Source of the DNA: Callorhinchus milii
Taxonomy: Eukaryota
Length of the DNA stretch: 64,000 bases
Direction: 5' to 3'
NCBI RefSeq assembly: GCF_018977255.1
Contig: NW_024704742.1
Span: 23,128,001-23,192,000, forward strand
In this document: positions 37,930-48,964 of the stretch, piece after piece
Numbering within the stretch: the first letter of the stretch is position 1
Layout of the letters: each line of letters starts with the position of its first letter
The notes under the pieces: generated by a model
Databases searched by the model: none
What the model was told of the DNA's origin: nothing
What the model saw: the letters and a program-made list of their open reading frames with translations, nothing else
Translations under genes and position numbers: made by a program

Positions 37930-38630
37930 TTTATGAAGGGCTGGGGAGACTGGCAAGGTGGGCATTAGAAAAATTGAGGCAGGAGGTGGCGAACGCGTGG
38001 ATAAGGTCTTCAGTAGCATTGGATGTGAGGTACGGTCAGAGGTAGGCAATGTGGCAGAGGTGGAGCAAAGTAGTCCTGGTCAGGGACCAGATATGGGGTA
38101 GAAAGGACAGGTGGGAACCAACCTGATGCCTCGAATGTGCTCAGTAAGTCTGAGGGATAGGCTGGGAGGTTAATAAGGTTGGAGTCGCAGGTGAGAGGGC
38201 TTCCGTCTTGTCAAGATTCAGCTGTAGAAAGTTGGCGTTCATCCAGGCTTTGTTATCTGACAGGCAGGCAGACAAAACATTGTGGACCAGGAGTCATGGC
38301 TAAAGTAGATTTTGGTGTCATCTGCAAACATCTGGAAGTTGACCCCATGTCTCAATCACTGAAAGGAAGCATGTAAATGAGAAAAAGGAGGGGTCGAAGG
38401 ATGGGATCTTGGGTGACCACGTGGGGGTAAGAAGAGAAACTGGAAACTGGAGACCTTGCTGATTCAAGTCCTACTTGAGTCAATGATAAGTGATAGCAAT
38501 GAGTCAAGTAGGACTTGAACAGTCCCTCTGAGGGAGGAGAGATGGTCAAGGAGAATGGCAAAGTCATCAGTGTTAAAAGCAGCAGAGAAAACAAGGAGGC
38601 AGAAGGAGCCCTGATCACAGAGTGAGGGGA
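37930..38630 (-). mobile_element. Degenerate internal L2 RT fragment
   Basis: Reverse-complement remnants of LLFSAAFNT, PLLFLIYMLP and HGVNFQMFADDT. Confidence 0.75.
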
Positions 38631-40809
38631 CATTATGTGTGACTTTCAGTTCCAGTTTCACTTTATTGCATTCACTCTACTCTGTTTGTGAATTCTTGCA
38701 CTTTAATTGTATGTCAGCCTCTTGGATGTGTGCCAGTTTTCACTTTCACTGTGTTGTGCATTCTACAAAAAAATACACAGTCACTACAGTTTACTGTATA
38801 TCCCATAAAGTGCTTTGAAACATCTTCCCAATGTGAAAGGAGCTATATCAAATGCAAGGAATATTATTGATTTATTCTTGTCCAGTTGTATTTAAAATTG
38901 TGTTTTCCCGTTTGAGAATGTCTTGTTGACCCCTCACGTATTAATGTGGTATTTATTCACATTGTGTTAATTAGGGCGTGTGGACTATGATAATCTCCTC
39001 CCCTTCCACAAAAAGAATTCCTTCTGTTTACTGGCAGTTTTCAAACTGATGAAAGAGGAGAGATATGCTTGTCTGAACTCTAGATCAGGGATCATGCATT
39101 AAGGACTTGCCATCTGCAGTTCTCGGATCCTGTCACAGGGTTTAATGACAGGAATTCACTTTTTATGCCCCTTGGGTCTGACTGTGTGTGTGGCAGCGAT
39201 GTGGCCTGTCAAACCTTTGATTTGTCCTGGAGCTCGCAGATGGCACAGGCTGTTGGTTTGATTCGGTCTTGTGCAAAATGCCTAGCTCCATTGGATCAAG
39301 GCTTTGTTCCCCTTTTCTTCCTTGTAAGTGTCTCATTTGCAGAGTGACTGTACTGTACCGAGGTGTAAGTAAGCCCTGTTACTGGGATTGCTGCAGCAGC
39401 TGCACGTACACAATGAACAACAGGAAGGCAAAGTCCCGACCCGAATGGGAACAGGAACTGGAAATGCTCTCTTAAAATGACTTCTGCCAGCAACAATGGA
39501 GTCTTCAATATCTTTTGTTCTAATGCACATTCTCAATGCGGGAACTAACACACTGAGCTGCATCGCAGGAGGAATAGAGTAAAAACTAAAAGATCTTACA
39601 TTATGGCTGGCCAGACTTCCATACATAGGAAGGATATTAATGCCCTCGAGAGATTACACAGGCGAGCAGCAAAAGTGATTCCATTGTCAGGAATTTAAAA
39701 TATGAGGAAGTTTAAAGAAGTCAAGCACATTTTCTTTGGAGAAGAGGAAATCTCAAACTGACCCGATGGACTGACAAAGTATTCACTGTGGGTTCATATA
39801 ATAATAATAAATAAAAAATCCTTGCATTTGGTATGGTGCATTATCACGTTGTTGAGCTGTCTCAGTGGGCTTCACAGGATTTTATTCTGAAGTGTGGTGA
39901 CTGTGTACTTGTAGACAAATTACACACGTCCATAAAATTATAACCGGTTCGCAAAATAAAAATGGTTGCGTTCTCGCTTCCAGATTGTCCGGTTGCTACT
40001 CTCAATCTGCTGAGTCAAATTTAACGAAATTGGATTACACTACATAGCTGTATATTGTTATGTTACATGTGTTTTTATATAATAATAATCCTTGCATTTG
40101 ATATAGTACTTTATCACATTGTCGTCTCAAAGCGCTTCTCAAATAAACAAGAGTATGTGACTGGATGTATTTTGTGTATATTTATGGGTTTAACTACTGT
40201 TTAGTTGTCTGCAGTTTATAATAGATTACCTTAACGTCATAATTGCTGGATCAATTAAAATTTTTAAGACTCAGGTTGATAGATTTTTTTTGTTCGGTAA
40301 ATATATCAAGGGATGTGGAGCAAGGGCAGGTAAACTGAGTTGAGGTACAGATCAGCCACAATCTAATAGGATGGCGGAACAGACTCGAGGGTCTGGATGG
40401 CCTTTGTTGTTCCTACGTTCCTTATGTCTGTGTTGTGAAATCACTCGAGTGAGCCTGGAAAGGTAAATGAAGGTGATCCAACACAAGAATAGCAAAAGAG
40501 AAATTCAAGTCAAACTTGCTCTTATCGGGAATTGGCTGTATTTACCATCAAGGAGGTGGCTTTCATTTTCATCTGCTGTTAACAAATTGCATATTGAGAA
40601 GTGCACACTTGACGGCCCATAATTATTTACAGTATGTGGCCTGCCACAATTATGATTTGGCTTGTTATTGATTAGCAGTGGCATTATTGTATCTGCCCTG
40701 TCTGTGCATATAAATCCCGAGAATGCCTCATTACCTTTCATTACTAGCAACTTGTGCATTGTCCTGACAAGCTTAAGCAAAACCTACGGAATATCCACGT
40801 ACAGGAAGA

Positions 40810-41180
40810 GCAACAACAACAACAACTTACATTTATTTAACGGTCTTCACACGGGTAGTGTCTCAGAGAGGCAAGGTGACCATAGACATGGTCGAACCGG
40901 AAGTTCTTTGGATTTGATCTGAAGATGAACAAGGAGGGGGCAAGGCAGAGGGATTGAGGCAGACAGTATTGACTGAAAGCACAGCTGCCAATGGTGGAGT
41001 GGAGGGATGAGGGATTGGTAGAAGGCTGCAGCCAGTAGTGGAGTGGGTGTAAGTAGGTCAGAGAAGGTAGGAAGCTTCTAGGGTGTGAATTGATTTGTAA
41101 ATAAGTGTGAAGATCTTGAAATCGATCCGTTGTACAGAAAGGAGCCAGTGGAGCCTGTCAAGGACCAGGGTGATGGGGAT
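40810..41180 (-). mobile_element. Degenerate L2 3' end
   Basis: (CAA)n tail; gagccagtggagcctg (LHWL on the minus strand). Confidence 0.65.
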
Positions 41181-41335
41181 GCAGAGTTTGTTACAAGTGG
41201 GAAACATCAGTAAGGATCACTTACTTTTCCGTGCTCTAATGCCTGGTGGCACAGACTGGGTTATGCATCACATGGATGGCAGATCTGGAAGATTAGCCGG
41301 TGTAAATCAATTTAGTTGGTGAGATCACTGAGTGA

Positions 41336-41800
41336 TTTTGTTTTGGTCAGCTGAGTGTCCGACACGTGTGGAAACCCATCACCATGCTTCAGATTATCTA
41401 AACCAAGCTGAGAATTCCATGCATCCCACCTACACATGGAAATTCCAGAGATAGATTGTTGGACTCTCCCCCTGGAGGAACACATCCTGCTTAACTAATT
41501 CCAGAAAGCATTAGGCACAGGTTGGCAAGAGCTAAGGCTTGGGAACCCCAGAGTGAGGTACTGCTGGAGCCTAACCAGCTAAAATTGCATGGCTTGCCAT
41601 TGATATCGCTGTCTGGCAAGCTTTCTTGCTGCTTGTTCTACTAGGACCACCCTACCCATTACAGCTTTGGCTTGCAGAGTTAACAGGAGCTGAGTGAGAT
41701 GACACCCTACCCCTAGTGACTGGTCTGCCCTTCCAAGTTCTGCCGATGAGCCAGGATAGCTGTGCTGTCAATAGCGGTACCCTGGCTTTTTGCATAATTC
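41336..41800 (+). repeat. Unclassified dispersed repeat, longest copy
   Basis: ttttggtcagctgagtgtccgacacgtgtggaaacccatcaccatgc..., colinear with the 14553, 42760, 58400 and 60553 copies. Confidence 0.85.
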
Positions 41801-41949
41801 TCCCCTGGCATTTTGTGATTATTTCATTCGACTCTCTCTAGTTATCCCAAATCCATGGAGTACCTGACCTGGGTCTTGTTAATGCTGGCAGTGGGCACCT
41901 GAAATAAGAAACTGTTTCACTTGCCTGTAATATAGATGTTATAAATTTG

Positions 41950-42116
41950 AGGCACTGATATATGACACTGAGCTATTGCACTGAGCTGTGAGGTTGAGTT
42001 ATAACAATAATATTGAGTCATAATACTGATCTTTGACACTGAGCTGTCAGACTGCACTATAGCAATGAGCTATGCCACTGAACTATAGCAGTGAACAATG
42101 ACACTGAGCTATGGCA
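41950..42116. repeat. Degenerate ~13-bp minisatellite (GACACTGAGCTAT-like)
   Basis: Repeated cactgagcta / cactgaacta / aatgagcta units. Confidence 0.75.
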
Positions 42117-42252
42117 TCAAAGCACCTTTAGCTGCGTTTTTTTTAGCATTAAGACTCACTGCTTTATATGCGGTACAACTTATATGATTAATGTTTGAAT
42201 CTGACCCTTTGGAGTGTTTTGCCACCCAGTATCCCTCTAGCCACATCCTATC

Positions 42253-42581
42253 GTGGAGTCCTGTAGCTCAGTGGTTAGAGCACGCGCTTTGCAAGTGAGA
42301 GACCTGAGTTCAATTCCAGGCAGGGCGAAACCTTGGGCAAGTTTCCTTACTCCACACGCCTAATAATAATCCCTCCAAAAACCCAAAACAATAATAAAAA
42401 TTGGTCATTTTCAATCTACGACTGTTTGTGGGACATTGCTGTGCGCAATTGGCTGCCGCGTTCGCCCACAAATATACAGTCAATTCACTTTACAGTGTGT
42501 TCTCTGAAGCGCTTTGGGACGTCCTCCCGACGTGAAAAGCGCTATATCAAATGCAAGGATTATTATTATTATTATTATTAT
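42253..42581 (+). mobile_element. Full-length young tRNA-derived SINE
   Basis: Near-identical to the 17408 and 48193 copies; intact CpGs; (TTA)n tail. Confidence 0.93.
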
Positions 42582-42759
42582 CAATGCAGTTCAATGGATG
42601 GAAATCATTGCTACTTCAGCATTGGTGAAATGATTTATTTTAGTGCGTGTACAAAAACATATTTATGATGGTAACCAGGACATCAGCACAAATGTTAATA
42701 GTAAATAATAGCTCCCATGTCCTGCAGTGATAGATTGCCTCCTTTGGGTCCAGTTCAAC

Positions 42760-43008
42760 TTTTTGTTTGGTCAGCTGGGTGTTTGACACATGCAGAAAAC
42801 TATCACCATGTCTGGACGAGTTGCTGGATGGTAAGCGAGGAATTCATTGGGGAGTTAGAGCCATTGGGGAGTTAGACCTTTTCCTTTTTTTGGGGTGTTT
42901 GACACATGCAGAAAACTATTACCGTGCTTAAGAGTATCCAAATCAAATTGAGAATTCAATTCATCCCACCTACACATGGAAATCCCAGAGATAGATTGTT
43001 GGAATAGC
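42760..43008 (+). repeat. Unclassified dispersed repeat carrying a copy of the DCLK2 exon1/intron1 junction
   Basis: Repeat 5' end, then an insert at 42812-42892 matching 14456-14554, then the repeat resumes with 34 bp duplicated. Confidence 0.85.
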
Positions 43009-45496
43009 ACATTATTATTACAGTTGGTTATGGGTTCTTATGGTTTCTTGTATTTTACGCCAAGATTACACAGGACTCGATCTCCCAGAGGCTAGAAAGT
43101 TCAGATTTACAAATCGTTATAACCCCCGAGGCTGCAGTCCCTCTGCAGACATTTTGCGTTTTCCTATGATCAGAGGCTAGTTTATTTGTTTTAAGCATAC
43201 TAACTTGCCCGTACACATCCATCTGTGTAACTGGAAACAAATGGTCATCACAAATGGTCTCCTTTGTGGCTGTGACAGGGGAACGTTTAAAATCAAACAC
43301 AACTGCTCTCTTAAAAATAACCAGAATCACATTATATAAAGCCTGTGGTTGAAGGCTGGTCTCTCTTCTGAGAAAGATTTATTACTCAGATAAATTTTAA
43401 TGGTTATTCATTCTTTGAGAGAAGAGAGAGAGTGAGAGAATGAAAGCATTTTTATGTAGTGTGGAGTGGCCACTGTTACACAGATGCTAGTAAACATGAA
43501 ATTACGGTCAGTTAAACATGACTGGGCTAAATGTAAGTCTGAAATACTTGCAGCCAGGTTGTTCCCAAATGTTTAATATCCTAAATCCATGTTTTCTGAT
43601 CCAGGGTTTAAAATGCTGCCGGAATTGATAATATCTGTGAACATGAAAGCAGAAGACATGAGCGTAAAAGCAGCAATTTCTGAAAGCTGGAGGAAAGAAT
43701 GGGGCTTGGGCCTTCTGTCTCAGAAGCGAGAGTGCTATGAACTTTTGTGTGTCAGCCTCACTCAGTGTTAGCAGTCTTGCCTCTTGAGCTCATATAGTCT
43801 AGACTGACACTCCGTTGCAGTGCTGGGGAGTGGGGCTGCATTGTTAGAGGTTCTGTCTTTAAGCAGTAGTTGTGGTGATAGTTAACAGTAGTTGTCATGG
43901 TAGTTCTGTGCTTTGTATTATTACTGTGACCGGTTTTTGCTGGGAGGCGCAGATTCTTAGCAATGCCACTCGAGTCGTAGGAAACAAATTTGATTATGTC
44001 ATTTTGCAGCAACAAACTGTGATTAAAATAAAGCCACCCACCCACTGTCTCTTCAGATTCCGTCCACTTTTGTTTCATCACCATTCCTCCCTGATGTGCC
44101 ACTTGATGTTTTTCAGGCACCTTTCTGCTTGTAAGAGCATAGCATTGAGACGGGAATGAATCAGACTCTGTGTGGGGGCTGCTGAGCGCTATGGGACCTT
44201 TGCTCTTTCCCACTACATTAGGATGCATGTCCTAGCAAGGAGATCTCTGCTGTTATTTCCCATTGGCCAGTCAGTGCGAGCGAAGCCAAATATCATTGGT
44301 TTCATAATGCTAATTCCATTTTGAACCCTCCAGGCAACCATCATAATAATCTCATTGTCTGAGATGAACAAGACATTTGTTATGTATTTTTAATGTAATT
44401 TGAGAACTGCAGAGTTGAATATTATCATGTGTGTGTACGTACTGTGTATATATTATACCTAAGTCAGCACGTGCAGGATTTGGAGGCTTTATTGGTGTGT
44501 GGCTGGGACTGGTTTGATGTAAACTGTTGCAGCCACAATGGTGCAGTGTAGTGTGCTTGAAAGCAGAAACCAACCAACCATTTGGCAGGATGTCTCTCCG
44601 TGTTTGAAAATGCAACTTTCCCATGGGAAAGTGAAACAAACTGTTAGTGTTTCCCTTTGTTAAATTGTCGTTCCTCTACATGTTTTGAGTTTTAGGAGTA
44701 CCGGGTTTCAGATGTTTAGAAGGAAAAAGAACGATAGCATGGAATGTAAACTAGAGGGTGTAAAGCCAGAGATAAACAATAAAAGCCTACGTATGCACTG
44801 TGCTGCTGGTGAAGGGTGAGGGACAGGCTGAAGAAGGCCTCAAGGTCTGATTCATCTTCCTGTGTTGATGTTTTGATGAACATGCAAAACCATCTCACTT
44901 AATCGTTTTATTTCCTGTGCGAGCACATAATAACTGCCATTAAAAGCCTTCCATCAGTCCGTCCTCTTAAATGCACTATTGCTTTGGTTACTATTACTGT
45001 TGAGCTCCACCTTCTCTCCATTTTAGTTTTTTTTAAAAAGCTATTTTCTCCTCACTTGCTCTTCATTTGTCTGCTCCACAAAATATACACGGTCACTGCA
45101 CTTTACAGCACTGTGAAGTGCTTTGAGATGTCATCCAGACTTGAATGGCGCTATATCAAATGTAAGGATTATTATTATTATTTGTCAAGATTCACTGCAG
45201 AGTAATTCCCCCTTAAAACACAACATGCACAATGCACTTTTGATACTGCCTAAAGTCACTCAAAAAAAACATGGGATTGATCCAGTCGTTTCAATGTCAT
45301 AACCAGGTCCTGAGTTCATTGTGCTCCTGGATGCTACCCGTGTGTGAACGGTGCTATATAAATGCAAATTGTTGTTGTTGAGTCATAGCTAGACTTTGGA
45401 GGCAGTTTTCAGCAATGATTTGGCCCATCATGTCGGAGTTCACATTAACTGTTGCAATTAGCATTAATTCTGCTCCCCCGCTCCATATACCCTTCA

Positions 45497-46850
45497 ACAA
45501 CAACAACAAAATTGCATTTGTATAGCGCCTTCCATGTCAGGAGGATGTCCCAAGGCACTGGACAGGCAGAGTTTCAGGCCAGAGCTGGGGGTCGGGGAGC
45601 CTAGAGGGCAGCGGGGGAAGCAGGAAGATTGAAAGCATGGTCAAAGAGGAGAGTCTTGAGATGGGTCTTGAAGGAGGCAAGGAAGGGGGGCCAGGCGGAG
45701 GGACTGCAGGATGGAGTCCCAGAGGGTGGGGGCAGAGTGGCAGAAGGCACGTATGCCAATTGTGGGGCAAGCAAGGAGGGGGATGTGAAGAAGGCCGGAG
45801 TCCCCTGAGAGGAGGGAGCAAGCAGGATGGTAGGGAGTTAGGAGGTTGCAGAGGTAGGGTGAGTAAGACCATGGAGGGCTTTGGAGGTGAGGACCAGGAT
45901 CTTGAACTATATCCTCTGTGTGATAGAAAGCCAGTGGAATTGGGCAATGATGGAGATGAGAGGGTCATGGAGCTTGGTGTGGGAGAGGACGTGGGCTGCA
46001 GAATTCTGGATGATTGCAGCCTATCGAGGGAGGAGTTGGGGAGGCCAAGAAGCAATGAGTTTGCATAGTCGAGCCTCAGATCTAATGAAAGCAAGTATGA
46101 GGATTTTGGCGGCCTGTGGTGTGAGACAGTGGCATAGCCAGGCGGTGTTGTGGAGGTGGGGGAAGGCAGAGCGAGTCATGGCGCTTAGTAAAGTTGAGTG
46201 TGCAACCATGGATGGTGATGCTGTCAGCGCCTGAGGTGAGGAGGCGCCTGACATGAGCCAATCAGGAGAGCCTCGGTCTTGTTGACGTACAACTGAAGAA
46301 CGTTAGCTCTCATCCAGGACTTGATGTCTGACAGACATTCTGTCAGGACAGCAGTGGTCCTGGAGTCAAGGGTGGAGGCAGAGAGGTAGAGTTGGGTGTT
46401 ATCCGCATACATGTGGAAGTTGATCCTACCTCTGTGACCTCCTAACTCCCTACCATCCTGCCCGCTCCTTCCGCTCAGGGGACTTCCCGGATGATGTCAC
46501 TAAGAGGGAACATATAGATATTGAAGCGGATGGGGCCAAGAACAGAGCCCTGAGGAACACCGCATGAGATGGTGCGAGGGCTAGAGGAGAAACTGTTTGT
46601 GGAGATGAAGAAAGGTGGTTGAGAGATACGATCTGAACCAGTCAAGGACAAAGTTGTGAAGGTTGAGGTGAGAGGAGAGGCGATGGATGAGGATAGAGCG
46701 GTCGATGGTGTTGAAGGCAGCAGAGAGGTCATGGAGGATGAGGAGGCAGAGGGAGCCCTGGGCACAGATGGACAGAATGTCATTTGTCATTTTGACCAGG
46801 GCTGTTTCTGTGCTGTGGGCAGCACGGAAACCTGATTGGAGGGGTTTGTG
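45497..46850 (-). mobile_element. L2 LINE 3' portion (RT and tail)
   Basis: QSGFRAAHSTETALVKMTNDIL..DLSAAFNTID; CGVPQGSVLGP; MYADNTQLYLS; tail. Confidence 0.92.
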
Positions 46851-47119
46851 AAGGGAGTGATGGGAGAGGAAGGAGCAAAGCTGGGAAGCAATGACTCATT
46901 CCAGGACCTTTCCTCAATACTTTCCTCAAGTATTTAATGGTAATAATCTGCATTATTAATCTGGGCCTAATAATCTGGGACATTTCTTCATGCTCAATGG
47001 CTGCCGCATGACCCTACCAAATACATAGTCACTACACTTTACAGTAAATCCTACAAAGCTCTTTGAGACATCCTTCTGATGTGAAAGGTGCTATATCAAA
47101 TGCAAGGATTATTATTATT

Positions 47120-47425
47120 TTATTATCGAGTTCACTTTTAAATGCTGTTGTGGATTCAGCTTCAACAGCCATTCGGGACGAGGTTTTCCACCTGCCAACA
47201 ACCCTTTGTGTAGGAAATTTTTCTCACCTCTTTTATTCTGGTGATAATCCTCAATCTGTGCCTTCTCGTTACTTACTCAGTGGAAATAGTCTCTTTATTT
47301 ACTCTATCGTAACCTCTCAAGAGTTTGAACACTTCTTTTTGAATCCCCTCTGTTCCAGTGAAAACAGATCCAACTTTCCAAGTCTCTCCACAGAACCTTT
47401 CGTTCATGGCATTGTACTGATGAAT
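47120..47425 (-). mobile_element. Degenerate CR1 3' fragment
   Basis: Reverse complement reads TQRVVGRWK..RMAVEA and EVFKLLRGYDRVN. Confidence 0.6.
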
Positions 47426-47759
47426 TAAGGATAACAACTTGCATTTATTTTGCACTCTTCACGTAGAGTAACCTCTCAGAGCACTTTAAGGAAACAGTGC
47501 TGGGCACTGAGCTCAGGAGGTGACCTTAGATATGATTGAAGATGTAGGTTTTTGGCAGCTTATGAAAATCATTGGAGAAGCGGAGAGATGTAGGAGTTGA
47601 AAAGGAAGTTTTAGATGGTGGGACATAGTGACTGAAACCTCAGGAAGAGTGGCAGGCTGAGGATGAGGTTTGAATTTCCTTAACAGAGGGGTGAGTAACA
47701 GAGTGAAGCTGGAGATCACGGTAATGGGAAGCTGTGAATTACTTGAACGAGGGCCAATT

Positions 47760-48964
47760 TTCTCCAACTCAACGTCAGCAAGACTGAGGCCCTCCTGATT
47801 GGCTCACGCCAGCGCCACCGGACCTCAGGCACTGGCAGGATTAGCCTCCACACACTGCTGCACACTCAACCTCACTAAGCCAGTCAGGAACCTGGGTATC
47901 TTGTTTGACCCCGAACTGGTCTTTCTCCTCCACATCCGCGCCATGACCGGCACTGCCTACCGCCACCTCCGCAACATTGCCAGACTCCGCCACTGCCTCA
48001 CCCCTCAGGCTGCTGAAATCCTCACCCATGCATTTATCACATCGATTACGGGAATTCCTTCCTCATCGGCCTTCCCAACTCTTCCTTTCACAAGCTGCAG
48101 ATCATCCCAAACTCTGCAGCTCGTGTACTTTCATGCACCAGTCTCCGTGACCCCATCACTCCCTCCCATGCTCGACTCCACTGGCTCCCCATGTGGAGTC
48201 CTGTAGCTCAGTGGTTAAAGCACTCGCTTTGCAAGCAAGAGACCTGAGTTCAATTCCAGGCAGGGCGAAACCTTGGGCAAGTTTCCTTACTCCACACAGA
48301 GCCTAATAATAATCCCTCCAAAACCAAAAACAATAATAAAAATTGATCTTTTTCAATCTACGACTGTTTGTGGGACATTGCTGTGCACAATTGGCTGCCG
48401 CGTTCGCCCACAAATATACAGTCAATTCACTTTACAGTGTTTTCTGTGAAGCGCTTTGGGGCGTCCTCCTGACGTGAAAAGCGCTATATCAAATGCAAGG
48501 ATTATTATTATTATTATTATTATCCTCCAGAGGATCGAGTTCAAGATCCTCGTCCTTACCTTTAAGGCCATCTATGGCCTTGCCCCCTTCCTACCTGTCT
48601 GACCTGCTGACTCCCTACCAACCTGCCCGCTCCCTCTGTTCAGCGGGCTCCAGCCTGCTCCATGTCTCCTGCCCGACTCGCCCTACCATCGGTGGCCAGG
48701 CTTTCAGCCTCTCTGCCCTCATACTCTGGAACTCCATCCCACGGTCCCTTTGCCTCACTTCCTTCCTTGCCTCCTTCAAGGCCGGTCTCAAGACCCTCCT
48801 CTTCGACTGTGCCTTTGGTCGCCCTCCCACCTCTTTGCCTTCCCTCACCCCTACATTACCCCTCCCCCATACTCGGGCCCTGACACTTGACTGTTCAGCG
48901 CTTTGGGACGTCCTTCCGACGTGAAAAGCGCTCTATAAATGTAATTTTGTCGTTGTTGTTGTTG
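47760..48964 (+). mobile_element. L2 LINE 3' portion interrupted by a SINE
   Basis: PVRNLGILFDPEL..HLRNIARLRHCL; LHWLP ends at 48192 and the element resumes at 48524 (QRIEFKIL); (TTG)n tail. Confidence 0.92.
48193..48523 (+). mobile_element. Full-length young tRNA-derived SINE nested in L2
   Basis: Same sequence as the 17408 and 42253 copies. Confidence 0.93.

Noticed and set aside
41950..42116. CRISPR-like array
   Set aside because: Short degenerate tandem units with no unique spacers and no cas genes, in vertebrate DNA.
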